NCBI GenBank assembly: GCA_043228905.1
Contig: JBHGNT010000011.1
Span: 18,724,001-18,788,000, forward strand
DNA length: 64,000 nucleotides
From: Azolla caroliniana
Taxonomy: Eukaryota; Plantae; Polypodiophyta
Reading direction: 5' to 3'
The notes beneath the pieces were generated by a model. It saw only the letters and a program-made list of their open reading frames with translations, made no database searches and was not told the DNA's origin. Below, one piece after another: positions 40,022-53,527 of this stretch (position 1 is its first letter; every line of letters starts with the position of its first letter). Position numbers and translations under genes: made by a program.

Positions 40022-43000
40022 TGTATGTATGTATGTATGTATGTATGTATGCATGTATGCATGCATGTATATTATTTGATTTATTTTTTCGCACAAGCCT
40101 TCGTGGTTTTAGGCCTCATGCACTCTTTACATATATATATATATCTATATATACACACACACACACACCCGTACTACACAAGATGTAGCATTATCGAAGA
40201 GGCTACATGTTGGTTGAGATAATGTTTTATTAAATATAGTCTGCTACAGATGGTCAGAATAAGCTGATCATGCTTTAATGGATTAAAATATAAGAACAAA
40301 AAGCACACACAGGAGATCTAATCAATCTATGACAGTAACCGTTCTTGCAAGGAAGGCCTGAAGATAGGATGTTACTGGTAGTCTATAGATACGATGTTAT
40401 TGATTAAACACAAGTTCATACAAGTAAAAGAAAAGAAGAAATTAGACCTCATTAGCATCCTTCAATTGCTTTTTCCCATCTTTAGTTTTTGGCCACTGGA
40501 CCCGCCAGCACCTGAAAAATGAAGAAACACATCTATAATCACTCTCACTGTCTACAGAAGATAGATTTATACATATAAATAGGAAAAAGCTAAACCGAAC
40601 ATTTCTCACCGTTCTCTTCCCAGACGTCTTGCAAGTTCCTCTGCAAGAGCTTGGCCAGGACCATCTGCATCAGTAGCTAGAATAATCCGAGAAGCCTGTC
40701 TATATCATATCATGCATGAATATACTGCAGAACAAATCTAAGACACCAGCTAAGAAATGGGTACAACCTTGCTGAAGTAGTCTTTGCAGTTCCAAATGTA
40801 AGAAAACTTCTTGTCCTGCAAAATTACAAGACATGAAACTTCAACAAAAGTTAAGATAATGCATACTTATTGTCATACTGACACAAAAGGTACACAATCC
40901 ATGGTAGGAGTTCTGAACGTGAGGGTAGAGGTTGTTAACAGCTTAGGTCTTATTTTATAAGCCTCTTTAGCAGGTACGCTTTCTAGATGACATTTTTAAA
41001 TAAAACTGATGCTATTCATAAACTGGAAATGTTTCTTCAAATCTTATTGACCAGTTGACAATTACTTCTTGGATAAGTTCCACATAATACCTCTTCCTCT
41101 GGAATGGAGCTTTTTTCGGATACTTTTGGTGGTGCGCCATCGGGAACACTTACACAATTATAAAACCCGGCTTCTTCCAATGATAACTTATCAATTTCTC
41201 CTTCAACCTGACAGAAACATAGAAGATAAAGATGAAAGTTTCTGCAAAGTAAACTCTAACGTAAACAGTAAATTACATGAAGACCCTCACAATGATAATC
41301 TCACTCTGAGATACTATATCATCAAGGCCATATAGAACCTTCAGACATTGCTTTTCCTGCAATAGAATAGAAATCGTTAGATGCCAACTTAAGTTCTGGA
41401 ATAGAATGGGCTTCTTCAAACCTGCCAAAACATCTTCCCCATAGTCCGATATTTGCAATTGACAACTTCTCCATTCATCTTATATGGGAAAGCTATCACA
41501 GCCTGTTATGAAACATTTACAGATCACTTTAAGAAAATAATATTCTAATCTATAAAGCTTACACACTATGTCAAAACCAATTTATCTACTTACACCCTGG
41601 TGATTGTAGGTTTCCTTAACCCCATTACGAATCAAAGTTTTCTTAGAAATCTTTCTTTTGTCAAAATAGTAAACAACCTGAGAAAAATAACCAAAGTCTT
41701 TACTCCTCTCTTATTTATCATTTGTGCCAAATAATAAACATTCAGAAATAATATCCCACTTATTTCTATAATAGATCATTAAAGAATTTATCCCATATAT
41801 TGTCAGATGAGCTTTGCCCCATGCAGACTGCATCCACAACATCAATCAGAAGGATTTGTCTTGAAACTGAAGTTTCCTTTGGCCAAAGAAACGTCTCCCT
41901 AATCTAGCTTTTAGAAAGGCCAGATAACTGCACGCAGGAATGGCATATCTACACTGAGTACTTTAGAAAGAGCATCACAGTGTGGATACCATTACAATAA
42001 TAATATCATGATATAATTACTATAGTAAGGCACACGAAGCCTATTACTGTCAAATCATATTAAATGAATGCATATGGGAAGCCATATATCTACAATGCAT
42101 GAAACGTTCTATACATGATTGTCTTCTCTAACCTCAAAAACAATGTGTCAGTATATTATGCAATCATTGGTGAAGTATGAAGAGCAATCAAAATCTCAGT
42201 AATTGCTTGTATAAAAGTCCAAATGGCTGTCATAATAATGATATTTATTGATATCATACCATAGTTTTTGAAAGTTTTAAGCCTTATTTAATATTGCAAA
42301 AATCTGCTCCTATACAGCAGTGTAAGTTACCTTTAGTTTGAACCTACATACGGTTGAGGTAACCTAATATTCACATAGTGTGGGAGTTGAGAGAAGACGG
42401 GCTCATGTGCACTGCATGGAATCCAAGAGAGGTTTTGTGACTACTTGTATTATCTCAAAGTCCTAATATTCCCCTGGCAGTCAATTCTGATCAAGTTTTT
42501 TCGATTACATTACATTTTTGTGTGTATTTGGTTTTTGTTTTTGTTTTGCATTGGATCTAAAAAATCCTTTCTGAAATTCATTATAATTCTATTGACTATA
42601 TCATCCTCCATCATCAGATTAAAGCAATGCATGGAATTCAAGAGAGGTTTTTGTGACTACTTGTATTATCTCACAGTCCTAAAACTCCTATGGAGTGAAT
42701 TCTGATCAAGTTTTTCAGATTACATTTTATTTTTGTCTGTATTCTGTATTGTTTCCGTTTTGCGTTGGATCTAAAAAATCCTTTCTGGAATTCATTAAAA
42801 TTCTATTGACTATATCATCAGCCTTCATCAATCATAAACACCATTAACAAGCAATTGGCCTTTTGTGTATAGTCCCCACCAAGTAAAACAAAAGGAGCTT
42901 TTTGAAAAGATTAGAAGTACTCAAAATACAATTATTTCACCAGGACATGCAAAAAGGAAACATGTGACGGCAGAGCATAATAATCCCATATTCTAAAAAT

Positions 43001-46000
43001 CTTCTGGAAACTCACTTCTTCACCCGGATCTTGCAGTCTGGATGTGATATCCCGATGATCCTCTTGAATTGAAACTATTTTCTTTTCAAACTTACTTTCT
43101 GGAATGCTTTGGACAGAAGAACTTGAATGTGGATCCTGAAGTACAAATTGAAAACATGTTAAGGCATCTGTCAGCATAATAATTCCACATTCTAATCAAT
43201 CTTCTTGAAACTCACTTCTTCACCAAGACCTTTTCGTCTGGATGTGATATCCCAATTATCCTCTTGAATCAACATCATTTTTCTATCAACCTTACTTTCT
43301 GGAATACTTTGGACAGAAGAATTTGAAGCTGGAACCTGCAAGAAGCGCAAGTCAACAGCAGATCAAGATTCCTTGATCTCAAGATTGACAAAATGACATC
43401 ATGCAATTGACTTTGTTCTACAACATACCCGTAAAGAACCTTTGTTTAAACAGTTAGTGCGAATACAATTCCACATAGCAAGTTCCCTGTCAAGCAATAT
43501 AAACCTCATCGATTACAATCTATTGTGTTCATCTGATTACTATAATATTTAGTGCTGGAATTTGAACACACCCATCTAGAGAAATGTCCACTGCTAAGGT
43601 TTTCCCTCCTCCCATACCACCTTTACACTGCAACCCAAAATCATAAAAATCAGCAAGAAAAGAGCTCTTGATTTCTCTGAATCTATGAGCAGCTATTTGT
43701 AGAGATCACTCACATATAAAATCACATTCCACATGTACTTTTAACCTTAATTCTTCCAAGAGAACCAGTCTAATCTTGTTTAATCACATAAGAAACTATT
43801 TTCAAGCAAAACGTATTTATTCATACGTGATTATATCTTACATACTAATTTTCGGTGCATATATATAAAGGCCCACATATTCAATTCACTTTATCAATAT
43901 TGCAAGTTGGACGTAGACTTTGGGTTCATTATTATAAATGGCAAGCATTATCTATAGTTCATATTTTCTTCTTTTTTCTTCCCCATGCTATAAACATGGA
44001 TATGTACCTCTAATGTAGCACGAGTATAACCCTGTATAAGGTGTGTCACAATTTACCTAGATATTCAGTGTGGTTAAGTCATATCACTGGTCTTCCTTTG
44101 CTAGTAGCATATTTAATTCCTATGATTATGTTAAGTTATTTGCTTATGATTCTTCCTGATGGGCTCTATGCTCCCCTATCAAGGAGTGATGGGTCATTTG
44201 TTGCTGAGGAAGTTCATCTCATCCTGTTTTTCAGCAATCTTTAGTCATGTGACCACCATTGTTCTGCAAGTGACACTTACTAATACAAATTTTTCGCATC
44301 ATTGTTTATCTCACAATCCTTTCCTTTGAAAATAGTTGCAATTTCTTTATTGCTTCTATAATAGGGGGTACAAACAAATATTTCTTCCTCTAAAAGCATT
44401 GCACTAAATCACAAAACAAAGTGTTGGCTTTCTTACCAACATGTTCAAAATCTCAAAGTGGAGCTATCTCATCAACCATCTTCGGAAGAATCCTAAGGCG
44501 TCTCATGGATTTTAGTTTGATACTAGATAAGAAAATGGTGTGTGGTAGATAAAAATGACACAATGCAATAACACAACACTCAATAAAAAGAGCTTGTAGA
44601 AGAAGGTTATACCAATAATAGATACAACTAATGATGGCTAACATTGTCCAAATGTACGTTGTCAATATAGAGCTTAGATGGTGATCTACATAAATTTGAG
44701 ATGTTGAACTGGACAGAAGACTGGTGGAGCTAAAGAGCAAGAAAACCTTTTTGGACTTCAATGTTGTGCACAATAAATTATATTTCTTGGTTGATTGGTT
44801 AGAGTATACACCTAATCATCAAACTTGAGAGCCTCTGGAGAATCTCACTAATGCCACTGATGTTGTCGCTGAATTTCATTATCGATATCCCAATAAGCCA
44901 AGTCCTAAGTCATGCATTGCGGCTTGTGGAATTTGACATCAAAAAAAGGGGGTAGTATCATGAGCATCAATACAAAATACCATAAGTATAAGTATATATA
45001 TATAATACCATAGACATCATGTCAACCCTTCTATATGGTTTCTGACTAAAAGATAGTCAGGTCGACCTGCTCATATATGGATCACTCAACCCTTCAACTT
45101 CCAATGGGAATATGGCTCAATATTCCTTCCAAATTTATCTACAATATGAATCTATTAGCCTTCCAATGTCCAATTGGAATATGAATCAGTTGGCTCAATA
45201 CTGGGCATAACCTCCAAACCAAACCGCTACTTTCAACAGCTTGAAGCTCTATTATCCTCAACATGTTCAAGTTCACATAGGCCATCTCAGAACCACATGA
45301 TCTATAAAATGAGACCCTTTCAACATCTATATCGGGGATGCTATCAATACCCAATGTTAATTGCGCTAGCTTAAATCGAAAAAACATATCCCCAATTGTA
45401 GTGACCCCATAGATTTCAAGCTTTACTTCATCGTAGTTCATCCAGATTCAACAAAAAGAAAGTTTTCATTAGAATTCTCTAGACCATAGTATATAATGCG
45501 TGCATTTTATGAAGTTTTTCAAATATTTGAATTCTAGTGAATCTGGATTTATTTATCTTCAAGAGATAACATGAGAAACGTATTTATATTAGACTATGAA
45601 TAACATGATGGATGAGTTTCTTTTCAAATTACTTATGCATAATATCACTAATACTCAAGCTGAAAAAGGTTTTCAATCAGCACACTAATGGTTAATGTTT
45701 TATGAGATAAATACTAACCTTGGGACAAATTGCTCGTTTGTGACCTCCATTGTCATATGAGGGAAGGAAGATATTGATACGTTCAAGATGATGTCCAATG
45801 CTGATCTTGTTACCTACCATGAAATGAAGAATACAAACAAAAACTCACTCTGATGAAAAAGGCTTCTATTCATAAACCACTTTAAGAATAAACTAAGAGC
45901 ATCAGTGTTTCATAGGTTACTTTGGCATTTTCCAGATGTTAATATCACATGGCACACATAGATCGTCTCTGAATTTCGCTTTTTCTATGTTAGAATGGTA

Positions 46001-47503
46001 GGTGATTGTTCCACACTCATTAGGAGTACTTGAAGGTTAGCATAACATCATAGGAAATCCTAAAATTCATACTCAATATCGTCCTTACTTGCAAGCCATT
46101 CCAAATTGACACATTATTTTATTCCTGGCACTTTGAGGCAGAATAGATCACATATATATTCTCTTTTTCGGCTGAATCTTCAGCCACCACCCAGATCCTA
46201 TTTCAACATGCTGAAGAATATCTGGATATTTAAGGTCCTGTGGAGGCCAGAAACATGATCAATGGTACTACAAACGAGCAGTACCAGAGAGTTTCCTCTG
46301 CTGGTGCAAAGGCTGTAGGGACATGTGCCTCATGTATTCCATTAAGATCACTACTATGTTTTAAGTAGAAGCAACAGGACTTAGAGTGTCAAACTTGAAG
46401 AAATAGGGCCCGGTTAGTGCATGGTGTAAGCGATGGTGTGAAGCATTACTGGATGGCCATGAATGCTTCACATCATACAATGAGATGCTCTTCATCCTCT
46501 GTCTCCTGATTAGGGCAGAGCATGTAGACGTAGTTTGATCTACCTCATCCCTTTTAAGATCCATTGTCAATTTTGTGGTAATGAGTACAATTGGTAGATG
46601 GTGATTTCCGTTACGTTGAATGGAAAAAGAATGACAAGATACAGTTTGGTGCAATCCGTCATTTCACTGTAGGTGTGCCAACATGTTGGAATTATATGTA
46701 TTTAATATTATTGCAATCTGTTATCCTTGACATCCCCGTCCCACTTGGTTGTGATTGCATGCATAAGCTACAATTCAATATTTGTTGTGGGAATATCATC
46801 TAAACACTAAACCAGCTGGGAAGAGTTCCTTATGACGATTTCTGATTTCCATGGGCCATATTGCTTCCCTTTGAAGCTAATATATCATCATCGTTTTTAT
46901 ATTTTTTCATCGGGGCTATGTTCAATTGGCAAGCCAAGGTTCTTTTACAAAGCATTCAGACTCTCACTATATATACTAATTTTCTAGATGCCATTTCAGA
47001 AATGTATGGGTTGAATATACGACCTTCTGGTCGCTGCTGGACAAGGAGAAATTCACTAGTAAAATCCTTTGAACACCAAGATTCAAAACTTGAATCCACA
47101 CATACAACCATGTAAAAAAGCTTCAACTTTGGGTCCCATAGGTCATATTCGAACAGGGAGGACCATAATACAATCTGTGTGTGTGTGTGTGTGTGTGTGT
47201 GATTGAGAGAGTGTGTGTGTGTGTGTGTATGTGTGACTTACGTGTAGTTGTTACTGATGCAGGAACTGAGCAGAAACATTTTGCGTCACTGATGCTTCTA
47301 CCATGGCGGGTCCACAAAACGTTAGTCGGAGGAGGAGGAGGAAAGGATTGGGTGAAATGGCGCGTGTGTCGGAACATGGTTGACCTCATTCCAACAGCAA
47401 TTCGTGAGTAGCAACAGCGTCTTCCGCCACTCCTACTGCTGCTACTGCTACTGCTACTGCTACTACACCAGTGGAAGCCAAGAAGCTTTTCTACAACATT
47501 CAT
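35908..47503 (-). CDS. TWINKLE: Twinkle-like organellar DNA primase-helicase (T7 gp4 family), ~733 aa, 22 exons: 47503-47242, 45813-45719, 43627-43572, 43486-43429, 43335-43216, 43135-43016, 41677-41594, 41502-41422, 41356-41291, 41207-41091, 40815-40768, 40695-40610, 40511-40448, 37919-37737, 37657-37526, 37365-37304, 37076-36993, 36849-36718, 36651-36555, 36478-36344, 36256-36189, 35959-35908
   Basis: Manually assembled with GT-AG junctions and consistent phases (2202 nt). Ser/Arg-rich transit-peptide-like N-terminus; zinc finger CPKC...WNCIRTNC; TOPRIM VEGEIDKL, SVPDGAP, ATDADGPG, KDANE; SF4 helicase Walker A GVPGSGKS, LVIDPYNELDH, FVAHPKQ, DISGSAHFVNKCD, RKARNK. The start codon and inclusion of both duplicated exons are less certain. 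Confidence 0.93.
37351..37527. repeat. Tandem duplication (~85-92 bp) of Twinkle intron 15 plus the start of exon 16
   Basis: gccatgttctc(g)tacctaRatttaaagaaa...ggaattcatgtaaaaatc...cagaggctaagcacct occurs at 37351-37435 and 37436-37527. Confidence 0.88.
38300..38680 (+). mobile_element. Degenerate LINE RT fragment in Twinkle intron 13 (antisense to the gene)
   Basis: VKQGCPLSPTLFVICIDQLEEF from ~38322, a degenerate YADD (NYAYDV) at ~38455 and KYL at ~38665. Confidence 0.7.
42413..42820. repeat. Tandem duplication, 2 x ~215 bp, in Twinkle intron 6
   Basis: tgcatggaat(c/t)caagagagg...ctattgactatatcatc starts at 42413 and 42628. Confidence 0.88.
42975..43340. repeat. 200-bp-period tandem duplication containing two copies of a 120-nt Twinkle exon
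   Basis: Exons 43216-43335 and 43016-43135 share 98/120 nt by manual comparison. The flanking intron sequence is also duplicated. Confidence 0.92.
46450..46620 (-). mobile_element. Degenerate LINE 3' (CCHC zinc finger) fragment in Twinkle intron 1
   Basis: Translates as MLCPNQETEDEEHLIV*CEAF, resembling the ORF2 C-terminal C..C..EDxxH....C motif. Confidence 0.45.
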
Positions 47504-47555
47504 GAAAGACAAAGAGGCAGAGGCAGCAGAGAAAGGATTTATATTCCCTTCTGTG

Positions 47556-47586
<31 letters not shown>

Positions 47587-48135
47587 GGGGGAGTATATTG
47601 GTGTGAGTGGGTGTTCCAAGGTTTATGCACATACATATTCATATACTGTATACATATACATAGTACACATACATACATACATTATACATATACATACATA
47701 TATATACATGTACATACATATATGCATAAATACATACATACACATACACACACATTGGTTCATTTACCCTTTGTTTTTCGTGACAACCCTTTGTCCCTCT
47801 CGTATGCATGTCTCAATCGTGACATTCATTGGATCACAACGCCTTCTGTCGAAGGAGCAATGCAATATCCTCTACGACCTGATTCTAGATGCTTGATCTG
47901 CCTCTCTTACACAGGCTTAAGGTTGGAGCTACGGAAGCCTGACATGATTGAAAGCGTAGTTGCAATCGGATCTCTGTTAACATGTCTATTAAAACATGAA
48001 TCGAATCGCTAATGCCAATACAACTAATGAAATATAACCTTGAACTAATCTTTTAAATGCTAGAAATAAAATCGGTGAGCGTTGAGAATCAAACTCAACT
48101 TCTCTAGTGTGGGAACACACCCTAGTATACTTAAG

Positions 48136-48362
48136 TGTGAACGCCCCACTTATTAATATAGTAACTAGTGTGTCATAGAAGATGATAGAACCCTAAAGTT
48201 CTATGACACATATTTAGTGTAGTTAAGTCTCCACCTCTCTTTAGTAACTGGTGGTTGTATAGAGAGAAGGTCACCATATAAGCACCTTTCTCTCCCTCCT
48301 TGTAACAATTGGTTCATTCTTGTTCTTGTTAATACAATTATTCTGGTTTTCTGTATAACTTT

Positions 48363-48397
<35 letters not shown>

Positions 48398-48454
48398 ACA
48401 CGCACATATACACACACCTTCCATTGCACACAAAATCATATCTAATTCTTTACA
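48136..48454 (+). repeat. 5' LTR of the copia element
   Basis: TG...TACA immediately followed by the PBS; homologous to 53528-53868. The left boundary is approximate. Confidence 0.85.
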
Positions 48455-48466
48455 TGGTATCAGAGC
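48455..48466 (+). other. Primer-binding site complementary to the initiator tRNA-Met 3' end
   Basis: TGGTATCAGAGC directly after the LTR. Confidence 0.92.
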
Positions 48467-49752
48467 GCTTGGTAACTTGATCCAAGCCCATCGCCATCGC
48501 GTGTGTTGTGTTTAAGCCTACGTTCACAAAGAACCGACCAATCGTTGTCGCAACAACCTACACAGTTCGTATCACATAAAAGAAGAAGATTCAACATGAA
48601 TACTTAGATAGGAAGCACTCTTCCCACTAAGAAACTCGACAGAAACAATTTCGCATATTGGGAGTATAAGATGCCCCAATACCTTGTCGGTCAAGGCTAT
48701 TGGGGTTACATCGAAGGAGCACAAGAAATGCAAACCAACCCAACACATGCCGACTACCTAGCATGGGAGCAAGCAACAAGTCATGTGTTGTACTGCCTAG
48801 CATCATGCGTTCATGATCACATGCTTGACTGCATTCGAGAGCCCAAAATGCTGAAAGAGGCGTGGGGAAACCTCAAAAAGATATTCTTGGCCAACACAAC
48901 TGTACGAAAACTTCAACTCCGTTAGGAGTTAAACAGTATCCAACAAATGGACATGTCAATTGGTATATATACCTTGAAGATCAAGGAGTTGTGTGACTCC
49001 CTCGGGTCTATCAACGTCAACATTGATGACAATGAAATGGTGTAAATATGCCTCAGTGGCTTAGCACCTCGGTTCGGCGCGATAAAGTCGGTGTCCTCCT
49101 GAGGGAAAATCCTCCCTCCTTATTCGATCTCCAATCGATGCTATTGGTCGAAGAAAATCATGTTCGGACAAGAAGCAATGTGCAAGAAGGATGCATGCTC
49201 TATTTGAATTTCGATGGAGGAAGAGGACAAGTTCATGGAAGAAGAGGCCAATTTGGCTAAGGCTGACACAACCAAGAACAACCTTGAGAACACAACTACT
49301 ACTATCGTCAAGACGTTTCAAACGTGTGAGACAAAGCGTCTGGTAGAAGGGGGAGCAATCATGCCGGACCCAGCGACAAAACAACTCTGTTCAATGCGGA
49401 TATTGTGGCAAATTCGGCCACCATGAGGCGGAGTGTCGCAAAAAGAAGAGTGAGTCGGTCTCCACAAGCCGACAACTCACCAACTACACCTCAAACTCCG
49501 ACTATGACGATCGTGGCAGAATGTTAATGATGCGGCATACAACGAATTCAATGACGACATCATGCCCAACACGCACCTCTAACTCAGAAAATGTATGGTT
49601 TGTCTATTCGGGAGCATCTAACCACATGACGTCTCATGAATATTGGTTCTGAGAATTGCGAAAACCCGAACGACCCGGCTATGTGGAAACAGGGGATGAC
49701 ACGATCCACCCCATTCAGCATGTCGAAAACGTCCCTTTTGGCAAAGAAGGGA

Positions 49753-50562
49753 TTCCCGTATTTAACGTTTAAATACGTATAGTACCTCATCATATGTATA
49801 GTACGTACTATACCTCAATGTTGTTCAATCAAATATCATGTACTTTGTCCAATATGGTATTTAACGTATTTATAAAAAAACATGTATAATACGTATTTAT
49901 AAAGAAAATGTAAGTAAAACCCTAACAAAAAGCAAAAGAAAAAAAGATTTTAGGGAAAAAGAAGCGAAAGGAAGGAAGGAAGAAGAATAGAAGAGACAAT
50001 GATGAAGAAGATGAAGAAGAAGAAGAAGAGAGAAAAGAAGACATAAACTTGTCTTTAGTGTGATAATCGCAGAAGATAGATGAAGAAGAAGAAGAAAATG
50101 AAGAAAAGAGAAACCTATCATGAGTGTGATAATCGTAGACGATTCCTCAATCTATGAAGGCATAATTGTAAATAATTACAATTTGAAGTAGAACATTGTG
50201 ATACACACTTAAACTTCTTTATAGAATAAGGGAATGTCGACATCCATATTACTACAAGTATTTTAGGATGTGAAATGTTCAAATGTCTTACATGCATTTT
50301 AGGATGTAGAACTATATTGTACATCACAAAATTGTGTAAACATAGATGTTTTTTACAATATTATAGATATTTTTTAGAAAGGTAAATAATTTTCAAATTC
50401 TAGAAGTATTTAACGTACTATACGTAAAATACGTATTTTATAAGTATTTAACATACAATAAAACGTATTTAACATATTTTTAAATTGGGAGGTACTATAC
50501 GGGTATTAATACGTTAAATACGTATGGCATCTGTATCGTACCTAACGAACCTAACAACCTTG
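49753..50562. mobile_element. Non-autonomous hAT-like DNA transposon (MITE-like) nested in the copia pol region; left TIR missing
   Basis: Interrupts the copia frame ...PFGKEG|NQTYIKNVLHVP. gaaggga is duplicated at 49746-49752 and 50563-50569. The right end reads CAAGGTTGTTAG on the minus strand. Inverted subterminal repeats and many TATTTAACGTA-like motifs; non-coding AT/GAA-rich interior. Confidence 0.7.
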
Positions 50563-53527
50563 GAAGGGAATCAGACTTACATCAAGAATGTCTTGCATGT
50601 TCCAACTATAATGAAGAATCTGGTCTCGGTTGGCTAGATCGTGGAACAAGGAATGCAAGTTCGATTCAACGATGGTGGTTGCTTCTTTGAAAAGGAAGGC
50701 TGAATTATTGCTCGCGATCAAAGAGAAGGCCAAATGTTCATCCTCGATTCTCACGAGATGAATTCAGCAATGTATGTCAAGGTTTGTAAAGCCGACACCG
50801 ACATAGAGTTGTGGCACAAACGAATCAGTCACATCAATCTCCAAAAGCTCAAAGGAATGTAGTCGAAAGGAGTCGTCATCGGACTCCCGACTTTAAATAC
50901 CAAAAAGGAGATTGCAGGCATAATATGCGAAGCCGGTCAATTCGGCAAACAACATCGTCAACCGTTCCCAAAAGAGAGGAACGTGCTCAAAGGGATCCTA
51001 GATGTAGTGCATTCAAATGTATGGGGACCAACCCAAACGGAAACATTCGGTGGTTGCCGATATTATGTGACGTTCATCGACGACTTCTCCAGGCACACAT
51101 GGATCTACCTTATGCGACAAAAGAGGGAAGTGTTTAGACACTTCCAAAAATTCAAAAACGAAGTCGAAAAGGCAACCGGTCAGCATGTCCAATGCCTTGT
51201 GATTGGACGGTGGCAAGGAGTATTTCAGCGATGCCTTCACAACATACCTTCGACAAGAAGGAATTCAACATGAGTTCACCTATCGACACACACCGCAGCA
51301 AAACGGAGTAGCCGAACGAAAGAACCGACATATACTTGAGGTGGTAAGGGCAATGATGAACGAGAAACATTTGCCGAAATCATATTGGGTTGAAGCAGCG
51401 AACACGGTCGTCTAATGAATCGTTGCACAACATCCGGAGTGCACGATGTCACCCCCACGAGAAGTTCTACGGAAAGAAGCCAGATTTATCCCACGTACGA
51501 ATATTCAACTCTATTGCGTTCGTACACATTCTTGATGAAAAGCGGCAAAAGCTCGATCCGAAATTAGAGAAGTGTATCCTTGTGGGGTACTCGCTCGAAC
51601 AAAAGGGGTATAAGTGCTTCAACCCCTCAATCAAGAAGGTACGAGTGAGTAGGGATGTTGTATTTGACGAGTCGGAATCCTAGTACTCGGTTGACTCGGC
51701 TCCATTCGACCAAATTGAAACCGATTTCGATATAATCGACTCAGAGGAGAAATTATGAACAACTAAGGCTCACAACAAAGGAAAGTCCAATCTCAACCAG
51801 ATGGAGTCGACCACAAGAGCCCCCGAGCGACCAAAGCACGTCGCGACCGAGTCCGAAGCAGGAAGGCCAAAATGTCTGAGTATTATGACTCAATTGAAAA
51901 CGAATTGGATCACTCACCCGATAGTGAGTATGGTGGATTGGATGTACCTAGCATGAGGACACTAGGGGCACCTCGTCGCTCCACCCGAGAAAAGAACGTA
52001 GTCGGCCGATTCGGCTACAATGACTTCATGGCATGCCATTATGCATTCATGATGAAGGTGGAGACAATCCGAGAGTCGGAAACATTTTCTCAAGCCACGA
52101 AGCGATGAATAAGGTGATGCAAGCACTCTCCAAAAATGAGACATGGGATCTCGTTCGCTCTTCACCCCACCAAAAGGTAATCAGTTGCCGATGGATATTC
52201 AAGGTGAAGCACAATGCCACCAACATTGTTAATCAGTATAAAGCTCAGCTTGTTGCAAAAGGGTATGCGCATACTCACGGGGTGGATTATGAAGAGACTT
52301 TTGCCCCGGTGGCAAAGATGACAACCATCCAAACCGTGATCACGCTTGCAACAGCAAAAGGGTGTCACCTCCACCAAATGGACGTGAAGAACGCCTTTCT
52401 CCAAGGCGAGTTAGAAGAGGAGGTGTACATGGTACAACCACCCGAATTCGAGTCAACTATGCATCTGATTGTTGTCTGCAGGCACAGAGAGCATGGCATT
52501 CGAAGATAACTCAATATCTTCACCAAATCGTTGTAGAATGTCCAAGTCCGACAATTCCCTGTTCATCCGAAACAACTCCAGAGGACAACTATTCATTATA
52601 ATTTATGTCGATGACTTGGTCATTGGAGGAGACCACATCGGGGATATCGAACACACCAAGAAGCTACTCTCCGACCGATTCAAAATGAAAGACATGAAGG
52701 AGCTCCATTACTTTCTAGGGATAGAAGTAATTCAGACTCCAGACGACATCGTGATCTCCCAATGACATTATATCCTCAATCTTCTTTACAAGTTTGGGAT
52801 GACAGAATGTAAGCTTGTCGCTACCCCTCTCGATCGAAACCTAAAGCTAGAAGCCGAGTCTGGCACAAAAGAGTGTGAAGTGACTCTCTATCGTAAGCTA
52901 ATAGGAAGCCTACTCTATCTCACTGTCGCCTGACCCAATCTCAGTTACGCGGTCAGCCTCCTTAGCCGGTTCATGCAAGCTCCGTGTGACATTCATCTCG
53001 ACTCTGCTAAGCGAATGTTACGCTATGTGGGTGGGACGATAGATTTCGGCATCCTCGACAACTCAACCACACAAATTCGACTTGAAGGGTACACTGATGT
53101 CGATTGGGCCGGCTACAAAGCCGATAAACAATCAACATCAGGATTCGTCTTCTCCCTCGACAGTAGAGCAATCTCATGGAGCAACAAAAAACAACTGACA
53201 GTCGCACCGCCGAGCAGAAAAGCTGAATACAAGGGCATGGGTGTCGCCACATGTGAAGCCGTTTGGCTAAAGCGTATATTGAGGGCGTTCCCATCAATGA
53301 TTCGATTCTCTTGTATTGTGAAAACATGAGCAACATCCACTTGGCCCGAAACTTAGTTTTCCACGCTCGGACTAAGCACATTGAGGTGCACTATCATTTC
53401 ATTCGAGAACGTGTCTTGCAACACATCAACACAAATCTACATACGGTTGACATCTTCACAAAGGCCTTGGGCACCGACAAGCTACGACAATTCACGACGA
53501 ACCTCGGTCTCTCGACCACCGACAAAC

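Noticed and set aside
42413-42820. Additional duplicated Twinkle coding exons
   Set aside because: In the copy checked, the phase-0 frame after the ttttag acceptor hits a stop, and exons 6 and 7 already join without missing homology.
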